From assembly GCA_963665815.1 (NCBI GenBank), contig OY762463.1, positions 3,040,001 through 3,104,000 on the forward strand: 64,000 bases of DNA, in the 5' to 3' direction. How positions within the stretch are numbered: the first letter of the stretch is position 1; every line of letters starts with the position of its first letter. This DNA is from Candidatus Cloacimonadales bacterium (GTDB lineage: Bacteria; Cloacimonadota; Cloacimonadia; Cloacimonadales; JAIOQZ01). The notes below the pieces were generated by a model, which saw nothing but the letters and a program-made list of their open reading frames with translations, was not told the origin of the DNA and made no database searches. This document shows positions 21,017 to 29,775 of the stretch, piece after piece. The translations under genes were made by a program, and so were the position numbers.

Positions 21017-21445
21017 GTATACTCCTTTTTATAGATATCAATCTTGACATAAAATCATCTTATCTCTTATCTTATTATCCTTGTTGTTACAAGTTTCATC
21101 CCCAACACAAATCAGATCAACATTTTTCTATTGCTTTGATATGAGAGCTACTATACTTCCCAAAAGAAATTTGTTAATTTTTAACTGACAAATCAGCATA
21201 AACTACAGTTTGAATGGGATTATTCAATGGTGAATCGGAATTCATACAAGTCGATTATATCTGTAAAAAATAATATTTTCTTGACCAAAACAAAAAAAAT
21301 CCTCAATTTATCGTAACAACCAAGCATTGATGTAATTTACATCATCTATTGAGGTAATCTCAGTGGATTATTAACTGACGAAATAAAGCACATTGAACTT
21401 AAAATATTAAACATATAGTATAATTAGTTTTCTAAGGGAGTATGT

Positions 21446-24379
21446 ATGAAGTATATATTATTAATAGTTTATGTATTATTTTCTTCATTATTATTTGGGC
21501 AGGGAATTGAACCAACAGGAGATCCTCGTCAGGTTTCTACTCTGGAACATCTGCAGTGGATCAGTGAAAATCCAACGTGCTGGGGAGATGATTTCAGTCA
21601 GACAGCAAGCATTGACGCATCTGCAACATCGGGTTGGAATAATGGTAACGGTTTTAGTCCTATAGGCAACTCAACAACACCTTTTTCCGGTGTTTATGAA
21701 GGTAATGGTCATGTAATTGATGGACTGTTTATAGATTTAGCAGGTTCGAATGAAGTGGGCTTCTTCGGATATGCTGAAAATGCAATTATCACTGAATTAG
21801 GTATTACTAATGTAAACATCACTGCTTCACGTAAAGCCGGCGCTCTTATTGGAAAAAGCAATAACTCAAATTTATCAAAGTGTTACAGTACAGGAGCAGT
21901 GTTTTCGAACTGGGCAGCTGGTGGATTAATTGGTAGAAGTGAAACCGACACACTGGATTTCTGCTTTAGCAGAGTAAATGTAACCGGTACCGGGAATGGG
22001 GATTACACGGGTGGATTGATAGGAATTGCAGAAGTCAATACAAGTATATCAAACTGCTATTGCAGAGGAAATGTTTCGGGAGATAACTATGTCGGAGGTC
22101 TGGTTGGAGTATGTGTAGGTGCTGCTATTGAATTCTGCTACAGCACAGGAGCAGTTTCTGCAAATAGTGTTGCAGGAGGATTTGCCGGATTCATTGATGC
22201 AACAACATCTATTGACAGTTGCTTCTGGGATATGGATAATTCAGGACAATCTATCAGTGCAGGTGGTATTGGTCTGACAACTCAGGAAGCAAAATACTTA
22301 TATGGCTATCATGCTTATGGCTGGGATTTTGCTCGTGAATCTTTTAATGGAACAGTAAATTGTTGGGATATGGATTTTAGTGGTATTAAAAACGATGGCT
22401 ATCCTTATTTGTTCTGGGAAGATGGAAACAGTGTTTCATTACAACCACCGAGCGGAACAGGTCAGGATATAAACCCCTACCAGATAAGCAATCTGTTTGA
22501 ACTTTTCTGGATTTCTGCTAATCCGGGTAAATGGAACAAAATATATATACAGACTGCAGATATTAATGCCGGAGATACACAATATTGGAATAAAGGTCAT
22601 GGATTCAATCCAATTGGTAATACTGAAAATAATTTTACCGGTACATATAATGGTGGAAATTATGTGATTGACAGTCTCTTCATAGATAGACCGAACTCTG
22701 ATTATCAAGCACTTTTAGGAAAGGTTCAATCTACAGGAGTTAAAAATATAAGTCTTACTAATGCAAATATTACCGGAAAGGATTACACAGGAGGTATAAT
22801 CGGGAGCATTATATTTGGGACACGGATAGAAAACTTAACCTGTACCGGAAGTATTTTTGGTGAAGAGCTTACCGGAGGAATAATAGGTTTTGCTTATCCC
22901 AGAGGTGATGATCGAAGCATATCAAACTGTTCAAGTTCATGTGACGTAGTATCTGTTAACTCCAATTATATTGGCAGTTTAATAGGAAACAATTACAGAT
23001 ATAGAGTGTTGAACTGCCATAGCTCAGGAAGTGTAATTGCTGATGATAGCTTTTCATGTGGAGGATTGATCGGCAGTAATAGCGGAACAATCGAATCATG
23101 TTCAAGTTCAGCATTCGTCTCCGGACTTAATTTAACTAATATTGGAGGTCTGGTTGGTTATAACTCTGGAGATGTTGTGAATTCTTTCTCCACGGGTGAT
23201 GTTTATTGTGCAACAGCTCAAAATGTGGGAGGATTAGTAGGTTCCGTTGTTTATGGGAGTGTTGTTAATTGTTTCAGCAGCAGTAATGTTACAGCTCAGA
23301 ATGATGCAGGAGGATTAATCGGGTTTTTGCACAGTTCAACTGAAATAGCAAATTGTTACAGCAGTGGAGCAGTTAGCAGTACAAGCAATGCAGGAGGGTT
23401 AGTTGGTTCAGGAGCCGGTACTGTTACAGGTTGCTTCTGGGATACTCAGACATCAGGTCAGTCCGTCAGTGCTGGTGGTACTGGCAGAAACACAAACAAT
23501 ATGCAGTCCATGTATACGTACCTTAATGCAGGCTGGGACTTTATTGGAGAAACTGATAATGGAACAGATGATGTCTGGGTTTTACGTAATGGGCATTATC
23601 CTGAGTGTGCAGCAGAATTTACTCCACCTGTAATCAGCAGTATATCTGATATCCCCGGAGATCAGGGACATCAGGTTGAAATACTCTGGAGCAGAGCATC
23701 TATGGACACTCAGTATTTCAATACCAGATTCTATTCAATATGGCGTCTAACTGAAACTTCTCCAACAAGAAATTTGAACGATACAGTATTGAATTCTCTT
23801 GAAAATTTTTCAACCATACTTACAAGCTTTACTGACTCAAATTCAGGCAATTCAAGAACTGTAAACGAACAGAATACCGTGAATAGCAATCTGTTCCTGC
23901 ACACAAGAAACAGTTATTGGACATATCTCGACACAATTCCGTCTATGATGCTCAGCAATTACGCAGTTATTGCTCCAACAATGATTGACTCTATACAATC
24001 TCTTTCTGTAGATGAGTATGAAACAACCTTCATGGTCGTCTATCATTTTGAGAATGGCTTCTATCAATCTGATCCTCTGTCCGGTTACTCACTCGATAAT
24101 ATACCGCCTCTGGCAGTTGATAACGTGCAGGTTGATCTGAGTCAAACAAGGACTACCGGTCTTGTTCTCCAATGGAACGAAGTAACCGACGGACTATACA
24201 ACGGGAATCTGTATCCGGAACTGAATGGAGTATACTACAAAATATATGCTTCTCCCTCACCCGACTTTGTATGCGACCAGTCTACGTATTTGACAACCAC
24301 ACAGGATTTGAGCTATACAATAGATACTATAGGATCAAACAAGAAATTCTTCCGAGTTGTCGTGAGCGATCAGCCATAA
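21446..24379 (+). CDS. Large secreted GLUG-repeat protein
   Basis: Signal peptide; two tandem modules starting P.QIS.L..L.WIS.NP; many GGLIG/GGLVG repeats; separate C-terminal domain. Confidence 0.85.
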   Translation: MKYILLIVYVLFSSLLFGQGIEPTGDPRQVSTLEHLQWISENPTCWGDDFSQTASIDASATSGWNNGNGFSPIGNSTTPFSGVYEGNGHVIDGLFIDLAGSNEVGFFGYAENAIITELGITNVNITASRKAGALIGKSNNSNLSKCYSTGAVFSNWAAGGLIGRSETDTLDFCFSRVNVTGTGNGDYTGGLIGIAEVNTSISNCYCRGNVSGDNYVGGLVGVCVGAAIEFCYSTGAVSANSVAGGFAGFIDATTSIDSCFWDMDNSGQSISAGGIGLTTQEAKYLYGYHAYGWDFARESFNGTVNCWDMDFSGIKNDGYPYLFWEDGNSVSLQPPSGTGQDINPYQISNLFELFWISANPGKWNKIYIQTADINAGDTQYWNKGHGFNPIGNTENNFTGTYNGGNYVIDSLFIDRPNSDYQALLGKVQSTGVKNISLTNANITGKDYTGGIIGSIIFGTRIENLTCTGSIFGEELTGGIIGFAYPRGDDRSISNCSSSCDVVSVNSNYIGSLIGNNYRYRVLNCHSSGSVIADDSFSCGGLIGSNSGTIESCSSSAFVSGLNLTNIGGLVGYNSGDVVNSFSTGDVYCATAQNVGGLVGSVVYGSVVNCFSSSNVTAQNDAGGLIGFLHSSTEIANCYSSGAVSSTSNAGGLVGSGAGTVTGCFWDTQTSGQSVSAGGTGRNTNNMQSMYTYLNAGWDFIGETDNGTDDVWVLRNGHYPECAAEFTPPVISSISDIPGDQGHQVEILWSRASMDTQYFNTRFYSIWRLTETSPTRNLNDTVLNSLENFSTILTSFTDSNSGNSRTVNEQNTVNSNLFLHTRNSYWTYLDTIPSMMLSNYAVIAPTMIDSIQSLSVDEYETTFMVVYHFENGFYQSDPLSGYSLDNIPPLAVDNVQVDLSQTRTTGLVLQWNEVTDGLYNGNLYPELNGVYYKIYASPSPDFVCDQSTYLTTTQDLSYTIDTIGSNKKFFRVVVSDQP

Positions 24380-24411
24380 CCCAAATAAGCAAATTGATGA
24401 ACATAATATTG

Positions 24412-24439
24412 ACTGCCCGATAAAAAGGGCAGTTTTTTT
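24412..24439 (+). terminator. Intrinsic terminator after the GLUG gene
   Basis: ACTGCCC-loop-GGGCAGT followed by a T run. Confidence 0.85.
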
Positions 24440-24463
24440 ACTATAAGAAATTATGATATTTCG

Positions 24464-24488
24464 CTTGACTTTTAAATAACCAATGAAA
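24464..24488 (+). promoter_or_regulatory. Promoter-like element CTTGACTTTTAAATAACCAATGAAA (copy 1)
   Basis: 24/25 identical to 25696-25720; contains TTGACT. Confidence 0.65.
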
Positions 24489-24517
24489 AATTCACAAAAA
24501 AAACAGGAAAATAATTT

Positions 24518-25618
24518 ATGTTCAGGAAATTATCTATATTAGCACTTTTAATACTTGTACTATCTATATTATTCGGGTGTGCATCTGCAGCAAATAGCTA
24601 TGCATCTGAGATGGAAAAATATTTTGATAATAATAAAGCTGATTTAAGAAATCTTAAATATCCGGCTAAGGTTATGGAGAAAAAGAATATCGGGGTGAAT
24701 CTGGAAGTGGTTGCGAACAACAATGCTTTTATGCCTTCAGTTACACTTGGAGAAAAGACATTCTGGAAAACAATTCTCGGAAAGAGCAAGTTAATAACTA
24801 TCGGGCAGGATATGATATGGCAGGATATGCTCTCATTTTTTGAAACAGAAATACACAATGAAGCATTAAGGAATGGGAATTTTATAATAAATCCTAGCGA
24901 TGAACAGAAAAGTAAACTTGCACATATTTATGATTTAAAGGTTACTGTGAAAAAACTTAACACAGGATCAGAGGTGTCATCCGAAACTGTAGCATCTTTA
25001 GGTGGTACAATACCAGATGGAAGTTTTCATGCAGGTATTGCGTTCGTTTTCGCTTTGTCAAACTGCAATACTGATATCGTATTTGATATAGAATTTTCAG
25101 AAGGTACTGAAAACCTTATCAATAAATCCTTCAGCAAGAACTATATCCCCCCGGAGGATATTTATGGGCTTAACAGAGATTACAAAGAAGTTATAGGCTT
25201 TCTCAGTAATCAACTGAGATCAGGTATTGAAGAAGCTGCATATCTAATAGTGAGTGGAATTAATGATGAATCAAAATATGATACAGACTTAAATGTAATT
25301 GAGACATTAAATCAAATGACGGTTTATAAACTGCACTTGCAAGCAAAGATAAATAAAACTCAAGCCTTGAATGACTTTGAGGAAGGATGTCATAAAATTA
25401 CTACTTCTGAAGGAAAGGTATTCTGGGGTAATTTGATTGGAAAAAACGGGAAGAAATATTTAGCCGGATATAATGATCTGCTTGTTACAATAGCAGAAGA
25501 AAAGCTGATTTCGGTTGAAACAGATAAGGGAGAGAATATCACAGAATCGGTTACAAAATCTCTACAGCCAGTGAAAATTAAATACAATAAATACAGAAAG
25601 TTTTACGATATAATCTAA
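24518..25618 (+). CDS. Hypothetical lipoprotein (paralog 2 of 3)
   Basis: Lipobox LFGC; GQDMIWQDM and IHNEAL motifs. Confidence 0.8.
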   Translation: MFRKLSILALLILVLSILFGCASAANSYASEMEKYFDNNKADLRNLKYPAKVMEKKNIGVNLEVVANNNAFMPSVTLGEKTFWKTILGKSKLITIGQDMIWQDMLSFFETEIHNEALRNGNFIINPSDEQKSKLAHIYDLKVTVKKLNTGSEVSSETVASLGGTIPDGSFHAGIAFVFALSNCNTDIVFDIEFSEGTENLINKSFSKNYIPPEDIYGLNRDYKEVIGFLSNQLRSGIEEAAYLIVSGINDESKYDTDLNVIETLNQMTVYKLHLQAKINKTQALNDFEEGCHKITTSEGKVFWGNLIGKNGKKYLAGYNDLLVTIAEEKLISVETDKGENITESVTKSLQPVKIKYNKYRKFYDII

Positions 25619-25695
25619 ACTGCAATGTCTTTAATAAACTGATACAGCCCTTATGTAGGCAGCTTCCTAATATAAGAGCTATGACCAGATTTTCT

Positions 25696-25720
25696 CTTGA
25701 CTTTTGAATAACCAATGAAA
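25696..25720 (+). promoter_or_regulatory. Promoter-like element CTTGACTTTTGAATAACCAATGAAA (copy 2)
   Basis: 24/25 identical to 24464-24488. Confidence 0.65.
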
Positions 25721-25753
25721 CTTTCAAAGCAAAATATATTTGGAGATTGATAT

Positions 25754-26911
25754 ATGTTCAGACGACATTTCATGATAACAGTTTCAATAATAATTGTAGC
25801 TTTATTACTTGGTTGTGCATCTGCACCGCTTACACGAATAGATAAAATGAAGGAATATTTCAAAGGAAACAGGGTAGATCTTAATACTCGCGATTATCCG
25901 GGGGATATAACACATAAGATGAATGTTGGTGTGAATCTGAAAGTTGTTGCCGGTAATGAAAATTATATAACTGCAGAGAGCTCAGATATTGAAGAAATCG
26001 AAAATTTGAAACCTTATGAAGAAATAAATGTGAAGTTGGGTCAGGATATGATCTGGCAGGATATGATTTCATACTTTACTGCCTCAGTTCATAATGAAGC
26101 ATTGAAGACAGGTAATTTTGTGATCAATCCCAAAAGTGAACAATTAGGTGATTTGCCCCATGTCTATGATCTGGAAATAACGGTCAGGGAATTAGGTACA
26201 GAATCTAAGATTAAAAAGGAAATTAATCCTGAGGCAGTAAAATCCGGATTTAAACATAATGTAAAAGTAGCAAATGTAAATGGTCAAAATATCAGTGTTC
26301 CCACGGGTGGGAAAATGACAGGTACCAAACTTAACTATTTAAGTAAATTTGTTGATTGCAATACAGACGTTGTTTTTGATGTAACCTTGAAGGAAGCTGA
26401 TAGTGTCCTTTATAATCAGAGCTTTTCTAAAAATTTTGTTCCGGGCTCAGTAAATCATCAAACTGATTTTGAATACAGACAAATTATTGAGTATCTGGCG
26501 AAGCAATTGAGCTTTGGTATAGATGAGTCGGCATATATTATTGTAAGTGCAGTTAATGCAGAAGTTGATAAAATTCCGGATCTCAAGAACTACAGTCAAC
26601 TGACAAAAAGTATGATTGGAGAAATGAGAATGAAAGCCGGAATAAACTTAGAGCACCCCATGAACGTATATAAGGAAGGATGCTCCAAGATATACACGAT
26701 TTTCGGTGATATTTTCTGGGGTGAGTTTTTCGGAATACAGGAAGGTAACTATCTGGTTACATACGATAAGGTTTTGATTAAAATCGCTGAGGATAAACTA
26801 CTCAAGGTTGAGGATACAGACGGTAATGATATTACCGAAGAAACAATAAAGAAGGTAAGACCAAGTAGTATTATCATCGGACTTGATGAAAAACTGATTG
26901 AGATATTGTAA
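25754..26911 (+). CDS. Hypothetical lipoprotein (paralog 3 of 3)
   Basis: Lipobox LLGC; GQDMIWQDM and VHNEAL motifs. Confidence 0.8.
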   Translation: MFRRHFMITVSIIIVALLLGCASAPLTRIDKMKEYFKGNRVDLNTRDYPGDITHKMNVGVNLKVVAGNENYITAESSDIEEIENLKPYEEINVKLGQDMIWQDMISYFTASVHNEALKTGNFVINPKSEQLGDLPHVYDLEITVRELGTESKIKKEINPEAVKSGFKHNVKVANVNGQNISVPTGGKMTGTKLNYLSKFVDCNTDVVFDVTLKEADSVLYNQSFSKNFVPGSVNHQTDFEYRQIIEYLAKQLSFGIDESAYIIVSAVNAEVDKIPDLKNYSQLTKSMIGEMRMKAGINLEHPMNVYKEGCSKIYTIFGDIFWGEFFGIQEGNYLVTYDKVLIKIAEDKLLKVEDTDGNDITEETIKKVRPSSIIIGLDEKLIEIL

Positions 26912-26940
26912 GCTTCTTTAGTTGTAGATTAATTTTTTTG

Positions 26941-26966
26941 AACTGCTCCGTTGTGGGCAGTTTTTT
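26941..26966 (+). terminator. Intrinsic terminator after the lipoprotein pair
   Basis: AACTGCTC-loop-GGGCAGTT followed by a T run. Confidence 0.8.
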
Positions 26967-27069
26967 ATTTTTCCTTGCTCCCCAAACCACTACTTATATT
27001 TTTGCCCTGAAACCGAATAACGCAATATAAATGCATTGCTTAGCCGGATAAAACTACATTGAGGTAAAA

Positions 27070-28533
27070 ATGAATAAACTGAAATTATCCATGGATAATT
27101 TAGACGAAATGTTCCCAACCGACTTCACAGAAGAACAGATAGCTTCTGCTAAAACAATATTCTTTAAAGAATTATCACTCGAAGCACATAAATTTTACGG
27201 TGGTAAAATCCAGACTGTTCCCCAATCCGGTTTGTACGGATTCCAATGGTTCAACTGCTGGTATACGCCTGGTGTTTCCAGTGTATCAACAACAATCAGG
27301 GATAGCAACGATGCATCTTTTGAGCTGAGCGGCAGAGGAAATCTGGTTGCGATAGTAAGTGATTCCACCCGAGTTCTCGGTGATGGCGACTGTACTCCTC
27401 CCGGAGGTCTTGGGGTTATGGAAGGGAAAGCCTTTCTCATGAAGTATCTCGGTGGAGTGGATGCTGTTCCTTTGTGCATAGATAGTAGAGACGAAAACGG
27501 TCAGAACGATCCGCAGAAGATTATAGATTTTGTTAAAATGTGTCAGCATTCATTCGGGGCAGTGAATCTGGAAGATATATCCCAACCGCAATGCTATGAA
27601 GTGCTGGACAAGCTCAGAGAGTCCTGCGATATTCCCGTATGGCATGATGATGCTCAGGGAACTGCTTCTGTAACTCTGGCAGGATTTATCAATGCTCTTA
27701 AACTTACCGGGAAACCTGTTGATCAGGTTAGAATTGTACTTCTCGGTGCAGGGGCATCCAACACTACAATTGCCAGACTTCTTATCAAATACGGAGCAGA
27801 TCCGGCCAAAATGGTAATCTTTGATTCTCGAGGCGGACTTCACAGAAACAGATCTGATATTGAGCAGGCAAAAGCTTTTTATCGTAAATGGGAATTATGC
27901 AAGCAGACAAATCCGGAACGTATTGACACAATCGAAGAAGCTATGAACGGGGCAGATGCTCTGATAGCTCTTTCCAAACCGGGACCGGACACAGTAAAAC
28001 CCGAATGGATAGAATCAATGGGGGATAAGCCGATTGTTTTTACCTGTGCTAACCCTGTTCCTGAGATTTATCCTTATGCAGCTAAAAATGCCGGAGCTTA
28101 TGTTGTGGCAACAGGTAGGGGAGACTTTCCTAATCAGGTTAACAACTCTCTCGGTTTCCCGGGGATTCTCAAAGGGGCTCTGGTTACACGTGCCAGAAAG
28201 ATAACTGATAACATGGCAATAACTGCAGCGGTAGCACTGGCGGAATATGCTTATAAAAAGGGAATAGACAATGAGAACATTCTTCCTAAGATGGACGACA
28301 TGAATGTATTCCCATATGTTGCATCAAAAGTGGCGGAACAGGCTGTAAAAGACCGTGTAGCAAGAATTGAGCTGACCGGAAAGCAGGTTTACGAAATTGC
28401 ATACAATGGCATAATAAATGCTCAAAGAACTACAGAACTTCTGATGAAAGAAGGATTAATAAAAGAATTTCCGGCTGAAAAGTTGACTGAAATTTTCGAA
28501 AATGTTATAAATGCAGTCAGAAATGGAAAGTAA
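27070..28533 (+). CDS. NAD(P)-dependent malic enzyme
   Basis: YTPGV, VMEGKA, VNLEDI, WHDDAQGTA, GAGAS and ATGRGDFPNQVNN motifs. Confidence 0.93.
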   Translation: MNKLKLSMDNLDEMFPTDFTEEQIASAKTIFFKELSLEAHKFYGGKIQTVPQSGLYGFQWFNCWYTPGVSSVSTTIRDSNDASFELSGRGNLVAIVSDSTRVLGDGDCTPPGGLGVMEGKAFLMKYLGGVDAVPLCIDSRDENGQNDPQKIIDFVKMCQHSFGAVNLEDISQPQCYEVLDKLRESCDIPVWHDDAQGTASVTLAGFINALKLTGKPVDQVRIVLLGAGASNTTIARLLIKYGADPAKMVIFDSRGGLHRNRSDIEQAKAFYRKWELCKQTNPERIDTIEEAMNGADALIALSKPGPDTVKPEWIESMGDKPIVFTCANPVPEIYPYAAKNAGAYVVATGRGDFPNQVNNSLGFPGILKGALVTRARKITDNMAITAAVALAEYAYKKGIDNENILPKMDDMNVFPYVASKVAEQAVKDRVARIELTGKQVYEIAYNGIINAQRTTELLMKEGLIKEFPAEKLTEIFENVINAVRNGK

Positions 28534-28535
28534 AT

Positions 28536-29189
28536 ATGAATATAATTAAAACATTCAGAGAAAAGTACTATTTATTGAGAGGTCAGCGTTTCCTGATGAA
28601 GGGAAATCCTGAAAAAGCGTATTTCTATTTTCAGAAAGCTGTATTTCTTGGTGGATCGAATCATGTTCAGTACAGTATGGGTTTATGTCTTGTTTCCATG
28701 AACAGATATCAGGAAGCAGAGCATTTCCTTAAACAGGCTGTGGACAGTTTCCCTGAGAATGATCTTGTGCTTGTAACCTATGGTGAATGCATGCTGATGC
28801 AGAGAAAATGGGAACAGGCAAGAGGCGTTTTCGAGAAGTTGTGCGAGTTGAATAACTCGAAGTATGCCAAGTATCTTACTGTTGCGATTGATCCCATTAA
28901 ACGTGATAAATATGTTGCATCCAAAGAAAGTTTCAATGAAGCTCAGAAAGCAATCAATCTGCGTGACTATGAAAAAGCGTTGGTATTACTTGAAAAAGCT
29001 TATGAGCTTGATAATCATAATGCATATATTGTAAATAATATTGGTTCTGTTATGCTTTCGCTGGGAAAACCTTTAAAAGAAGTATATGGTTATTTTGAGA
29101 AAGCAGTGGTGATTGATCCGGATAATCAGAAATTCAGGCAGAACCTTCTGTATGTTAAAAAACTCATGAGTGGAGTCAAAAAGAAGTGA
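28536..29189 (+). CDS. TPR-repeat protein
   Basis: Several TPR-pattern helices (A...F..A...P). Confidence 0.8.
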   Translation: MNIIKTFREKYYLLRGQRFLMKGNPEKAYFYFQKAVFLGGSNHVQYSMGLCLVSMNRYQEAEHFLKQAVDSFPENDLVLVTYGECMLMQRKWEQARGVFEKLCELNNSKYAKYLTVAIDPIKRDKYVASKESFNEAQKAINLRDYEKALVLLEKAYELDNHNAYIVNNIGSVMLSLGKPLKEVYGYFEKAVVIDPDNQKFRQNLLYVKKLMSGVKKK

Positions 29190-29217
29190 TTCCTTCTGGA
29201 GTTACCGGAGAAATCTC

Positions 29218-29697
29218 ATGAAGAAACTGAAAAACAGACTGCTTGCTATTGTAATAGTGGTTGTACTTTTGTATAATCCGCTTTCAGCACGTTTGTTTAC
29301 AGTAATTACTGCCAAGTCATTTGATCTTGATAAGGAAAGATTCTACAGGTTGATTAAATCTGAGAGTTCCTTTATTCCCTGGGCAAAATCTCATCAGGGA
29401 GCAATAGGGCTGGGACAGCTTAAGCCGTCTACAGCCAGGTACATGTCAGATTATGCACATGAGTTTACACTTTGGTTTCCTCCTACAAATCTGGTAATTT
29501 CAGCAATGTACATGAGATACCTTTTAGATAAATACAATGATAACTGGTCTCTGGCACTTGCAGCTTACAATTGGGGAGAAACCAATGTTTCCCGGCTGGT
29601 AAAGAAAAAAATAGGCAGAATAGACAGTTGCAGGAACTATGCGGCAATGTTCAGAGATAACAGAGAGACATATAATTATATCAGGAAAATCATCTGA
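29218..29697 (+). CDS. SLT-domain lytic transglycosylase
   Basis: Catalytic ESS, GAIGLGQL, ALAAYNWG and ETYNY motifs; N-terminal TM/signal; ATG 29218 after GGAG. Confidence 0.88.
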   Translation: MKKLKNRLLAIVIVVVLLYNPLSARLFTVITAKSFDLDKERFYRLIKSESSFIPWAKSHQGAIGLGQLKPSTARYMSDYAHEFTLWFPPTNLVISAMYMRYLLDKYNDNWSLALAAYNWGETNVSRLVKKKIGRIDSCRNYAAMFRDNRETYNYIRKII

Positions 29698-29775
29698 TAT
29701 ACAGATATTAAGAACTAATAACGCTTTATAACCTTGGTTGTTGTTTTATCAACAGACTGAGAAATCAGGATTTAT

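Noticed and set aside
21056-21080. TCTTAT short repeats
   Set aside because: Low-complexity AT-rich sequence with no spacers; not a CRISPR array or iteron.
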